Of a stretch of 64,000 bases of DNA, positions 12,771 through 25,210 are shown piece after piece (the first letter of the stretch is position 1; each line of letters starts with the position of its first letter). The stretch is taken from contig NC_058368.1 in the NCBI RefSeq assembly GCF_018350175.1, positions 138,448,001 to 138,512,000 on the forward strand. Reading direction: 5' to 3'. The translations under genes and the position numbers were made by a program. The stretch is from Felis catus. Taxonomy: Eukaryota. Below the pieces are notes generated by a model. That model did not search any database, was not told the DNA's origin, and saw only the letters and a list, made by a program, of their open reading frames with translations.

Positions 12771-13060
12771 CCAACTTAGTTTTTGAACAATTCTAAAAGA
12801 CAGGCACATAATTTGTTCTCTGTTGGTAGACTTTCCTATCCTAATTTCATGTTGAAGTAAATTTAATAGTCCTCTTAAAACTCATTCTTGGTGATCGATA
12901 CTCTGCCATGATGCAGAGAAAAAACAATTAATTTCAAATATGTAAGTGAGGATTCCATAAGAAAAAAGGTGATGTGGCTTCTCTAGGTTTACCTTTCTCT
13001 ATCTTCCAAAAATCTTTCTGATAAATTAGGAACTGAAAACCCAGAAAAGTTAATGTCTTA

Positions 13061-13091
<31 letters not shown>

Positions 13092-14284
13092 CAACAACAA
13101 AAACTCACAAAACCCAAAAAGCAAGACAAGAAACAAACAACCCCCCCCCCCACAACTCTGAAGCATAGAGTAAGCTGATAAATCTGATTCTCACTTAGTT
13201 GTCTCAGGTGGACTAGTTAATAATTTCATAAAAAATGTATGAGGCCATCAGGGAAATACGCATTAGAACAAAGGCTGAGAGAACAAAGGTAACAAAAAAT
13301 GGGGAGCAATTTAGGAGAGAAATTGAAGTTACTTGAATGTCTTGCTTTTTCAAGCTCAGCTTGTGGGGGTCAAGCAGGGTAGCTGGCCCTATTACTGTTC
13401 TCTACGGATTGAAATTGGCTGCCGTGGGCAAAGGTCACCCCACGGTATCAATTACTTGCTGCTACCTGGAAAATTTAATTTCATGCTCTGCAATAGATCC
13501 TGCTTTCTTCTGTAGTATGAATGGCAACTGTCCCCAATTGATAACAAGAATAACTCCTTTTCCCGGAGTGATTAGACTCTAGGAGCTCCTCCGTTCAGAA
13601 ACACTTCTGCAGATTACTGGCTTCGTCAAAAAATCTGCAACACTAACGTGCTGAGTGGATGGAATCCAAGCTACGTGTTTGCCGTATTCTTAACGTTTTA
13701 AAACATTGTTTGGTTGCTGATTTGTAGTGGAGCTCACCTCAACTTTTTTGTACAACTGATATTTAGGTTGATGTAGGTTTCTCCACAGAATTAATCAGAA
13801 AATGACGGGGAATGTGGTCCTAGGAAACTTATTTCCTAGGGCTTATTTTTGCCTGACAAAAAATTAAATGTCTGTAAATTATTTCCCCCTCTTTTCCTCC
13901 CTGAATCATAGTCTTGAGAAAGATGAGGTAAGAACTGTTTTGATGGTGAGGTTGATAGTATACTAGGAAGCCGATAGGAATATTTAAAGCCAAGAAACAA
14001 AGAACAAATCCTTTGTTTGGTCTGCTCCTTGACCTGGGTGTGAGCTGGAAGAATGAGAAAGCAAAACTGCCAGAAATCCTTGATAGTAAATGACCAAGGG
14101 AAGCATTCAAAAGGATCATATATATGCTCCTCATTATTTTTTTCTACCTTTGTTCCTTTGGCCTCAATTCTAATTTAATAATGGCCCTAATTAGCTTCAT
14201 CAGCATTACAAAGAATAAAATTGTAACTCTGTTATAGAGCAATGTACATTTCACAACATCTAATTTAAAAAAAAAAAAAGCAGA

Positions 14285-14501
14285 GGGGCCTCTGAGTGGT
14301 TCAGTCAGTTAACAGTCTGACTTCGGCTCCGGTCATGATCTTAGGGTTCATGGGTTCAAGCCCCACATCAGGCTCTGTGCTGACAGCTTGGAGGCTGGAG
14401 CTGGCTTCAGATTCTGTGTCTCCCTTTCTCTCTGCCCCTCGTCCGCTTGCACTCTATCTCTCTCTCAAAAGTGAATAAACATTAAAAAAATATAAATTTT
14501 T
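14285..14501 (+). mobile_element. Can-SINE, diverged
   Basis: Recognisable body; TSD aaaaagcaga. Confidence 0.9.
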
Positions 14502-14573
14502 AAAAAGCAGAAATGAAAAATTAATCACTAATTGGTGTTTCTTACAGAGTATGTGTATGGGCATGTTTCTACG

Positions 14574-14586
14574 GCGCGCATGTGCG

Positions 14587-14631
<45 letters not shown>
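14574..14631. repeat. Compound (CG)n/(CA)n alternating purine-pyrimidine tract
   Basis: Seen directly. Confidence 0.95.
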
Positions 14632-14633
<2 letters not shown>

Positions 14634-15409
14634 CATATATGACACCCTAACCATGCAGTCATGAGCAGAAGCCTTACTTCTGTTTGCCCGTAATAGAGTC
14701 ATTGGTGACCACAAAAGGAACTCACATGTCACTTCCTCTCCACATCACCCTGCCAGTTCTCATTAATGAAACCAAATCCACCCTGGTCATAAAGCATGGG
14801 AGGGAAAGACAGAACTTAGAGCTTTAGGTGTTAGGCATCTCAGTGGGTGGGGAAATGGTGGGGAAGTGAGGGAAGAGGAAGAGGGGGGTGAGAATTGCTT
14901 CTTCTCTGGCCATTAGTTCCAAGAACAATGCCCCATCTGAGAAGGGCTGCACTGTCAGAGGAAGCAGCAACTATTTCCTGCTGGGGGTCAGAGGTCTTCA
15001 ATTTACTCCATCCTTTTGATACAAAAGGCCATACTCTACTCCTCCTTCTCCTCCTGTTAAGAAATAAATGACCTAGCTAATCATGTGTTGCTTTCAGCCC
15101 ATTATCCACTGTGATGGCTATTTAGGTGGTTTTTAAAGTGCAAGTTAGGTAAAAAAAAAAAAAAAAAAAAAGAAACAAAAAACTCTTAAAGTGAAAACAA
15201 CAATGAAAAAAAACCAACCTCTAGCAAGCAAGAGAAGGAAAATAAGTGCCTTGGTTTTTGAGGCCTAGGTAGAGAAAAAGAAATTAAAGACTTTTCTGGC
15301 GTAGCTTCCTTGTCCTGCAAAATGGAACCGAGACCTCAAAAAGCAAAAGTGACTTGCCCCAGTTCCCATAGCTTCTTAGAGTTAGAGGGGTATTCAAATC
15401 CATGTTACT

Positions 15410-16665
15410 TAAATCGGGGACAACTTGAACATCAAAATAAGTGATTGTAGTACATTAGAACCTATTGAATAGACTACAAATTCTGATTCTACACTGATCT
15501 AAATAAACAAATGGGGAAGAAGAGAAAATTCTTTAGCTAGAATGATCAATATAGGAGAAATGACTGATGTATAAAATTATCAGTGGCTGTTACAATTAGA
15601 GAAAAAATAGTCTGGATGAGAAACAAGTTACCTACACAGTCTAAGAGGATTTCATCACAAGTTACTTACTGATTACAAAGGGGGAAAAGGTAATTTTTTT
15701 TTATTTAAAAAAAAAACCCTTTTTTTAATGTTTATTTTTTGAGAGAGACAAAGCATGAGTGGGGGAGGGGCAGAGAGAGAGGGAGACACAGAATCCGAAG
15801 CAGGTTCCAGGCCCTGAGCTGTCAGCACAGCGCCCAATGAGGGGCTTGAACTCACAAACCACAAGATCATGACCTGAGCTGAAGTCAGATGCTTAACCGA
15901 CTGAGCCACCCAGGTGCCCCAAAGGTAATTTTATCGTGGAGAAACCTACTAAGCACCAATAACAAGTGACCAAAGTTATCATCACCGATGTTGGTATAAA
16001 GTGACGTTGTCCTGCCTCTCCTGATATGATACACTGAGAAGAATATATTACTTCTGTTGTTTTCTTGCCAAAAATGCATAAACAGAATCCAACTATAAGA
16101 AAACATCAGGAAAACCCAAACTGAAAGACACTCTAGAAAGTAGCCAGCCTGTACTTGTAAAAAAAAAAAAAAAAAAAAAAAAGTCAAGGATATAAGAACG
16201 ACAACATTGAGACAATTGACAAAACTTTAAATAGACTGTGCTTCAGATAACTGTATTCTATCAATATTAATTAAAAAAAAACTTTGATAATTGTCCTGTG
16301 TGTCAGAGAGGAGCTTTATTCTTAGGAAATAATATACCGTAATATATTTAGGCAAATATTTAGAGTCTCCATCACTCTCAAATGATTTAGGGGAAAAATG
16401 CATGTATATGTAAGTATATATACTTATATATACATTATATATAAACTGTATTTGTAATGTATATACATGTAACTGTATATATGTCTAAAATGTATATGTA
16501 AAAATTAATGTATTTATAAACATGTACACATGCATACATGTATATATTATACATACATGTATATGTTACATATGATAGAATGAAAAGGCTAATGAGGCAA
16601 AAATGCAAACTTTTCAGGAATCTGTATAAAGGGTATTAAAGTCCTATGTACTATTTTTGTAACTT
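15410..16665 (+). mobile_element. LINE-1 3' UTR (L1MC3/L1MC4-like) with a nested SINE and a TA-rich low-complexity tract
   Basis: ggagaaacct...caagtgaccaaagttatcatcacc...cctgatatgatacactgagaag...gccaaaaatgcataa match the recalled L1MC3/4 3' UTR. Confidence 0.7.
15698..15920 (-). mobile_element. Can-SINE nested in L1MC
   Basis: TSD aaaggtaatttt at 15686-15697 and 15921-15932. Confidence 0.94.
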
Positions 16666-16667
16666 TA

Positions 16668-16887
16668 AAAAAAAATTTTTTTTTAATGTTTGTTTATTTT
16701 TGAGACAGAGAGAGACAGAGCATGAATGGCGGAGGAGCAGAGAGAGAGGGGGACACAGAATCGGAAGCAGGCTCCAGGCTCTGAGCTGTCAGCCCAGAGT
16801 CTGATGCGGGGCTCGAACTCACAAACCGTGAGATCGTGACCTGAGCTGAAGTCGGACACTCAACCGACTGAGCCACCCAGGCGCCCC
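16668..16887 (-). mobile_element. Can-SINE
   Basis: Full body; no clear TSD. Confidence 0.93.
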
Positions 16888-16939
16888 TGTAGAGTTAAGA
16901 ACCAAAATTTAAGATCATCAAGTTTTGTATTGATATAAC

Positions 16940-17369
16940 TGGCTTAGTCAGGCTGCTCTAACGAATTACCACAGGCAGCGTGGTTTCAATGACAGAAACT
17001 CACTTCTCAGAGTTCTGGAAGTTGGAAGTCCCAAGGGTAAGACATCAGCAAATCCAGTGTCCACAACAGGGAGACACAGAATCCTCAAGGGGCTCCAGGT
17101 TCTGAGCTGTCAGCACAGAGCCGGATGCAGGGCTCAAACCCACGAACCGTGAGGTAATGACCTGAGCCGAAGTCGGACGCTCAACCGACTGAGCCACCCA
17201 GCTGTCCTTCTTGTGTCTCTTTTTATAAGGGTGCTAATCCCAGTTGTGAGGGCTCTGCCCTCATGACCTAATCACCTCTCCAAGTCCCACTTCCTGATAG
17301 AATCACGTTGGGAGTTAGGATTTCAACTTACAACTTTGGGGGACCCAAATTCGTAGTTTGTCCACGACA
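16940..17369 (-). mobile_element. MaLR solo LTR (MLT1A-like) with an internal segment replaced by a SINE piece
   Basis: cttagtc...ggctgctctaac...ttctggaagttggaagtc...ctcatgacctaatcacct; flanks ataac/ctaac resemble a 5 bp TSD. Confidence 0.8.
17068..17208 (-). mobile_element. Tail-less Can-SINE fragment
   Basis: Head and body present; CT tract, A tail and TSD absent. Confidence 0.88.
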
Positions 17370-18338
17370 CTAACGCTTACCGGGGTGACCCTGTGTGCAG
17401 ATTCCTCTCTTTGGTCAGCGTGTGATTTCTTTCTTGGAACTGGACCTCCGGGATGGTGCTGACGTACTGAATTTGGGTGGTTCCTATTCACACTTGACAT
17501 AGATTGAATTCGATGCTTTGGCCAACAGGGGTCCACCGTCAACTCTTGGCCTGTAGCGGCACGGTAGGCTCATGCTTCTGCTGTGACCCATCTGCGTGCT
17601 GACTGTGGTGCCGCAAAGGTGGCAGGAGTGGCGTCGGGCCTCCTGCTGGTACGCGGGGCAGTCACCCACCCCCACAGAGGCTCCATGCCACATGTCAGGT
17701 AGTTCTCCAAGGTGGCCACACCTGTGTCCGTAGGGCTTTGAAAGCCTTTGTTCCACGATGCCAACAGAGCTTTTCAATTAATGACCTCATGCTCTGCCGG
17801 GTGGGTCTGAATCCCTGCCAGATAAATAGTGAACGTTCTCTGTGTGAATGGGACCAGTATTCTAGCTGCCCAGGCCCCTCACCCACAACTGCCTGCCAAT
17901 GGAGGTGTGTGGAAGGCAGGACGGCAGCCAACCTTGAAAGAGATCACAATCTATAAAGGCACTGTTGATGGCCTAAAGGGTTCAAGAGAAGATGTATTGG
18001 GAAGATGTGCTATTCTATGTTGATGCTATAAGATTCCAAGTGGTACGTGAACTGTGACCAGAAAATTAATTCTTGTTCATATATTCCAACATACTCTGAG
18101 CAAGACTTGCATTTGTGGTCATCATCAGTGCAACCCGCTAACAGTCTTGAGGGTGTCACCGGAAGCCAATATTCACAAATAGCCGGATACATGATGGAGT
18201 GGGATGAATGGGGAGTTCACCGGCATTAAATCTGCAGTACAAGGAATGGCAGAGGCACACAGATCTAAATTCTTTCAATACAAACAGGTTCTGAAGAGCC
18301 AAGGCATCATCAGTACTAACAGCCTTACTACCTTAAAA

Positions 18339-18544
18339 TTTTTTTTAATGTTTATTTATTGTTGAGAGAGGGGCAGAGCATGAGCAGGGGAGGGGCAGAA
18401 AGAGAGGAAACACAGAATCAGAAGCAGGCTCCAGGCTCTGAGCTGTCAACACAGAGCCCCACATGGGGCCCGAACTCACGAACTGTGAGATCATGACATG
18501 AGCCAAGATCGGGCACGCCACCGACTGAGCCACCCAGGTGCCTC
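18339..18544 (-). mobile_element. Can-SINE
   Basis: Full, moderately diverged body. Confidence 0.92.
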
Positions 18545-19385
18545 AAATCACTACCATTTTCTTGTGGTGACAGACATGAAATATGCCAGAAACAGTGCAT
18601 TTGACAATAAAGAACACAAAGAGCAAGTTTAGATATTAGCTCTTCCTGGTGCTTAGGCACTTTGAAGAATCTTCATGTGTACTTGTTAATAAGCAAATGC
18701 ATAAGGACCTCTTTTCTCCCTATTCTTTCAAATCTCCACTGACGAATCACTGTGTGTCACAAGAGCCCATGAATTTTGTAATATGTTTTTTAATCAAATG
18801 GTTGATGTTTGTAAGGGCCCCGTGCAATCTGGGGCGTGCCCTGCCTGTGGTGATGTCTTACTTTCATGATGGTGATTCAAGAAGGGTTACAAAGAGAATT
18901 CTTGAGAATTTGTGGTACCTCTCTGTGCCTCCGTTTTCTCACCTAGCTGATTAGAGGGCTAATTTATTATTTTATACAGAAGCTAGGAGGCTTATTTATT
19001 ATTGTCAAGCCCAAGCAGATGTGCAAATTCGCTGGCCGAAGCACTTTGTCCTCACAGACAAGATCCTGGGGAAGCAAAGTTACGAGATCAGAAATAGGGG
19101 AGTTTGTTCTACCGTGGGAATGCTTATTGTAGTCTTCAGGAATTGACATCCGGATGTGGGTGGACGCATTGGGATGCTAACTTTGGCCTAAAAGGGCGTA
19201 CCCTTTCCTAAACAATGCCAAGAGGGGCAGCACCAATCTGTAGCTCTGACTCTCTCCTGGTTTAAGACCATCAAACACAGATGATCTGTCTTCCTGGTAG
19301 AAGCGTATTTACCCACGTTAACCCTTTCAGATAGGTTTGCCCTGCAAGTGAGCTAGAGCCACATGGGCGTTGTATAGTTTTTATT

Positions 19386-19746
19386 TAGCATAGGCTGAAT
19401 CTTTGTTTCCCCCCAAATTCATATTGACTTCCTAACCCCCAAAGTGATAGTACTAGGAGGTGAGGCCTTTGGCAAGCGATTAGGTCGTGAGGGCACAGCG
19501 CCCACGAATGGGATTCATGCTCTCATAAGAGACCCCGGAGAGCTCCCTCGCTCCTTCTGACCTGTCAGGTTATAGCAAAATGACAACCATCTATGAACAA
19601 GGAAGTGGGCCTTCACCAGATACCCAATCCGTCGGTGCCTAGATCTCAACTTCACAGACTCCAGAACTGTTAGAGCTAGATTTGTGTTGTTTATAAGCCA
19701 CTCCATCCACAGCATTTTGTCATAACAGTACGACTGGACTGAGACA
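19386..19746 (+). mobile_element. MaLR solo LTR (MLT1A-like)
   Basis: ccccccaaattcatattga...ggaggtgaggcctttgg...ctccagaactgt...tgttgtttataagccac...ggactgagaca. Confidence 0.82.
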
Positions 19747-20089
19747 CTATTCAAATTCGTATAGCTGACCCTTCGACTCTCCCAGGGCAAGGTTTCGCTC
19801 ATTTACACAGTTCTTGGGAAGCATCTCATGTCTTCGTTCCTAATGAGGGACTACGTGTTCCACAGCAGATAGAAGCTGATTGATGGTGATTTCGACTGTA
19901 TTTTGTCTTTGTGTTAGAGAATACCCAAGTCACTGAAGTTTGTATCTCGGTTTGAATGTTCGTTTCCTCGTGACACAATGCTGATCTCCCTGATTCCCAT
20001 CCTTTCCACCAAGCAGGCTGAGATGTTCCTTCTTACCATGCTATTTTAAGAGCACATTCCTTTAGGATAACATTTAGTTTTCATTGTGC

Positions 20090-20380
20090 TAATTTTACAA
20101 GTCTGCGTCCTCTTCTAAGCTATGAGCTCCTGAGGGTATGGGCCATGCTTGACTCACCTTTGAATTTCCTGGAGGCAATGCAGTGCCATGGTCAAGATCT
20201 TGGTCTCTGGAGTCAGGCTGTCTAACGTGGGATAGCTACTCTCGTGTTTCTTCTAACTTCAGCCTCCTATAAAAAGGGGTTATTAATAGTAATTGCCTCA
20301 TGTTGGGAAAAGTACGAGGCGAAGTATGGATTTTGCCTAACGTTGTAGCTGCCGTTTAACTACACATATTAAATATCAGC
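20090..20380 (+). mobile_element. L2 3' end and adjacent MIR relic
   Basis: L2-like ctatgagctcctgagggtatgggccatg, then MIR-like tctctggagtcaggctgtct. Confidence 0.45.
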
Positions 20381-20696
20381 ATCTAGTTAGTAGTAGTTGT
20401 TACGCGGAACATAGTTATGCACAAAAATACGTGCTGAGTGAATAAATGAATACTTGAATGAATGAATAGGAGCTGCAGCCAAACCCCATGAAATGAAGTC
20501 ACAAATAGAGCTCCAAAATCACAAAATAGGTCCGCAATCATCGACACACAAAGACATTGACCAAATGTGGCTGTCCTAGAAGGAGGGAGTCTGGTGACTA
20601 CCACAGGTGGATGAACGAATCTCTGGATTGCTTGAGATTTTCAGCATCTCCTTCTTTGCCCAAAGGGATCTTTCCTTAGAAATATGATCAAGACCA

Positions 20697-20927
20697 GGGG
20701 CGCCTGGGAGGCTCAGCCACTTAAGTGTCTGACTTGATTTTGGCTCAGGTCATTATCTCCTGGTTCGTGAGATTGAGGCCTGCGTCGGGCTCTGCACAGA
20801 GAGCGCAGAGCCTGCTTGGGATTCTCTCTCTGTCTCTCTGTCTCTCTCTCTGTCTCTCTCTACCCCCCCCAACCCCTTCTGTGCATGCTTTCTTTCTCTC
20901 CAAGTAAATAAACTTGAAAAAAAAAAA
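20697..20927 (+). mobile_element. Can-SINE, older subfamily
   Basis: ggggcgcctggg head, gcagagcctgcttgggattctctctc body, A tail. Confidence 0.92.
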
Positions 20928-22483
20928 TCTGTAGAGGCCCAGCCCCATTGCCTGACAGAATTAAGGTATGAGAAGGGACATTAGACATCATGGAATCCAC
21001 TCCCTTTTGCTTCAGAAGTGGAAGATTGAGGCCCAGAGGGTTTGAGAGTCTTCTGAGGGTTAAAGGATAATATCCTTGGAGCTTTTGCCATCCCTATTAA
21101 AAAGTCAAGGCTACAGCCATTGGTGGTGGAGCTGGAGGCACACGGAGAAGAGTTTCTTCATCCGTAAGGGCAGAGGGTAACTACAAAGTTTTCAGGCCCC
21201 TTTTTGTGGTGGAGTGTTCTTAAAAGGGCTGCTTCAGCACATACACCCTGGCCTATGTCACTGTGACAGGTAGACACATCTTTAAACAAACCTCACAAAT
21301 ACAATTCAAAACAAACCGAGTCTATAAGAACTGGTTCCTTACATGAGCTCATCAAGTCTATCCCCTTGTCAAAAAAAAAAAAAAAAAAAAAAATCAAATC
21401 CCCAAGTAGAAGACCAAATACCTGATCCTTTCCAGAAGGCCATGTGAATTTTACTTCTTCCCCTTCCAGAGCTGAGCTGGAAGGGGAAGATCTCAACACC
21501 ACATCAGCCTGGCTCAGAGGAGTAGGGAGACCCTGCTTGGTGAAGAAGCTAGTACTTAGTGGGAGCCTGAGATCCCTATACGGAGAGATGACCAACTACC
21601 TGTTGTGTGTGTACCATACTTGTTTGGTTTTACATCCAGTTCTCTCACCCAGTGCTTCCCTCCCTGGCTCATCAGGCGGACCAAATGAAATGTGTGTAAC
21701 CGTGGGTTTAAAACCACTGCGAAATTCTATGCGGTTGTGATCTGCCCCTATTCTTCAGGGCATGGTTCATACACCGTGTTTCACTTCAAAGAGCTCTTGG
21801 TTTGAATACGTTTAGGATCGGCACAGCCTTTGTGCGTGTGTGTGCCATTCTGATAAATGAGATCAGCTTGAGTGATAGCTCTTAGACGTGGGATAGAGAA
21901 GAATGGGACTAAGCATGAGACACAGGAGCTTGGGGTTCAAATTAGCAGTTACCTGCAGAGCTTAAGTCTCTCAAGACTACGGGCACATTAACAAAATTAC
22001 CCCAAGCTCAACACCCCTTGGTCTCACTTGTCCATGAGGGCCCCAGTTCCTACTGAATGCCCCTCCAATATTTTGATCTGTGTCGGTGGGTGTTTCTGCT
22101 TCCTTGCCATCTTCCACTGGGTACTACCTTCTTCCCGTGCCAGGCCCCACCCTGGGCACCACATGCCCAGCCCAGTGGCATAACCTGTTTTCTTTTACCT
22201 TTCTTTCTGTATCACACTCAGTTGGAACATTCTCACAGCAGAACTGCCCGAGGCCCTATCTATATTTTCCAGAGATTTAGAGAAGATTTCCCTCTTATTT
22301 CCTATCCGTGCTGCTCTCCATTGAGTCCACTAGCGCTGCTCCGGGATCAAAAGTAGGTGATGGTCTCACTGTGCACAGAATTACCCTTCCCTCCTATGGC
22401 TCATTTCCTTTAGGTCATACTGGCTGTACCGGGCTTCTTTCTTCAAGGTTTCTCTCTCTGGAATTTTAGCCTCCTATGGTCTG

Positions 22484-22862
22484 TGCTGTAGACTGAAGGT
22501 TTGCACCCATCCACACCCCGCCCCCCGCCCCCCGCCGCTTCTACCTGCCCCCAATTCATGTGTCAAAATCCTAACTCCCATGGTAGTGTCCGACTTTTGG
22601 AGGCGATCAGTTCATGAGGCTGGAGCCCCCATGAACGGAACTAGTACCTTTATAAGAAGATTGCTATCTCTACTCTTTGCCCTGGGATGATGCAATGGAG
22701 AGATGGCCACCTGCAAATTTGGAACAGGGCTCTCACCAGACACTGGATCTGCCAGCACCTTGCTCTTGGACTTCCCAGCTTCCAAAACCATAAGAAATAA
22801 GTTTCTGTTTAAGCCACACTGTCTGTGATATTCTGTTCTAGTAGCCCGAATGGACTAAGACT
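22484..22862 (+). mobile_element. MaLR solo LTR (MLT1A-like)
   Basis: tgctgtagactgaa...ctcaccagacactggatctgccagcaccttg...ggacttcccagcttcca...tggactaagac. Confidence 0.82.
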
Positions 22863-24624
22863 GCCTGCCCACCAGGTTTTGTTTTATTTTCAGGTGTCCC
22901 CAGAAATGTCTGCATCCCATTTAGACTGTACCTCCCTCCTTCCTCTCCTACCCCACCACACCTGCCCTTTAAAACTTCCCTTGATTTCCTAATGTTCATT
23001 CATTCCACAGATTTATTTGAAGTGTATTTACTTTATGAAACGTTGCTCAAGCTGTAAAATGAAATCACATTCTAACTCCAAGCGGTGCTGAAAACGTCCC
23101 GTAACTTAAGACCTTATAACGAGAAATATTAGGCTTATGGAAAATTGAGCGACTTGTGACTATAATTTATCATGTATGTTCAGTTTTAATAGATGATTGA
23201 AACCCAAACACTGAAATAGATTTAAAGGGTTTTATTAACAATATTTACTCAAAAGTTTCACCTTAATGAAACCGCAGTATATATCATTTTACAGCTCCAA
23301 ATTGCAAAGTAAACCATTAGAATTTGGAGATACTTACCTAGTTCTCCCAGAGGTAAGGTCTGGGAGGAACTAGAGGTCTGTAGAAGCTAGAATCGTTCTG
23401 GGGTTTACTGGGGGGGGGGGGGGGTAGCTGGTAGGTGGGGTAGGAAAAGGAATGGGCCCTCACTCTTCTCTTTTAGCTTCCCCTATCCCCTCCCCTCCCC
23501 CCCCCCACTATTTTCTTTGATGGCCCTAATTTATTTCTATCTGTCCATAAAATATTTCCACTTGTGTGCGGAGGACGGGGTGGGACGCTGGCTGATAGGA
23601 CAGGATTCAGAGAGGGGGAAAAAAGAAGGCCTTCAACACAAATTGCCTTTCTTTTGAAAGTTTTTCAACATTTTTTTCTCCCATTGGAGACCAGATCGCA
23701 TGCTGGCCCCCAGTTGGTTGTGTCACCTGTAGAGTCTAATGTGGGAATGGGAGAAGGAAGGGTTGGGCATAGCTGGGCCTCTCCACTCCCATCCATTCCT
23801 TCCCTTCCAAATTCTGTCCTCCCCCACTGTGCTCTACCCTCTACTTCGGCTTTTGGAGATTCAGACAGCAACTCATCCCTGCTCAAGCAAACACCCAACA
23901 ACGAGAGAGTCATTGGCTTTTCTGATTTACTTGGATCGGGGCACCGGGACTCCTGTCGCCTGGGTTAAAATCAGTGGGAATGGGATCACGTAGGGGACGC
24001 AAAGAGGTCAGCTTTGGGCTGTGGTGCTCTGGGAGAGAGATCTGGCAGAGCTACTGTAGCTTATGGTCGGTGGAGGTCAGTGTGAGAGCCCTGGGTCTTG
24101 GGAAGCTTTTTCTGATTCTCCCAATTTGGGTAAGGTGTCCCTCCTGCATGCCTCCATGTAGGTGTAGACTGTATCTAGAATGGCACAGCATCCTCAGCCT
24201 GTAGCATTAACTCCTAGAGGGAACTTTAAGGTTGCTTGTCTAGAAACGAAGTGAGCTGCCATATTGAAAAGGTCATGGGACTAAGACTTGAAAGACATGG
24301 ATCATTCCTGCTCTACTTTTAATAGGGCTGGACCCTCAGTCTCCTAAACCTGTTTGTTTTTAATCACAAAATGGATTCAATTTCTAACATTCTACTAATA
24401 AAATAATGGAGCAAAATGAAAAAAAAATGGACGTAAAGGAACTTTATAGACTATAGAGTAGCTAGTCACCTATGTTATCATCCAGCTGAAGCTTGAGCAA
24501 ATAGAAGTAGAATCCTGGCCATCCTATGTAAAGCAAGTAATACAGACTTTCATAAGGCTAGCTCTCCAGCCTCAGAAAGCATAAAAATGAATAAAATTAT
24601 AATAATAAACCATTATGAAACAAA

Positions 24625-24850
24625 ACACGTTAACATTTGTGCTTAGTGAATATTGTGAATATTGTGTTTAGTATGCGCCAGGAAATCATGCTGAACGCTT
24701 GGCATGCATTGTCTTTTTTAAAACTCTGTGCAATCATATAAAGTAGGTATTATTATTACCCTTATTTCTCTGAGGCTTAGAGGGCCATGTGACGTGTTGG
24801 GCCAGAATTCAAGTCAGTTCTATCTGACTTTGGAGCCCAACTCTAAACCA
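24625..24850 (-). mobile_element. MIR SINE
   Basis: gtaggtattattattaccc...ctgaggcttagag...tctatctgactttggagccc. Confidence 0.6.
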
Positions 24851-25210
24851 GACTGTAATAAACATGTCAAATAACCACTAGAACCAGCTTGAACTTCCTT
24901 AGAAAGGAGGTCTTAAGTAAAGACAAGGGGTCCTGTGTTTGAATCTTGTTACCTGTAAAATTTCAGTGGTTGGTTTTCTCAAAGAACTACAAGGAATTGT
25001 TTTTTCCCAAATATCAAGGGCACTCCAGGGAAGATATGTGGTATAAGGGAGGGTGGGGTGCCTCGTAGGCCAGGCCAAACAACATTCTGTGTCCCTTGCT
25101 TTTATTACATTAATTCTGGTTTGTTTGTTTGTTCTGTTGTTTTGTTTTTTTCTTTTGGGAGAATCTTCTAAGGCCCAGGAGGAGATTCCATTCTCCAAAG
25201 ATAGCCTATT

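Noticed and set aside
17484..18229. Cluster of overlapping ORFs in GC-richer unique sequence
   Set aside because: No recognisable homology in any frame; no poly(A) or TSD to suggest a processed pseudogene.
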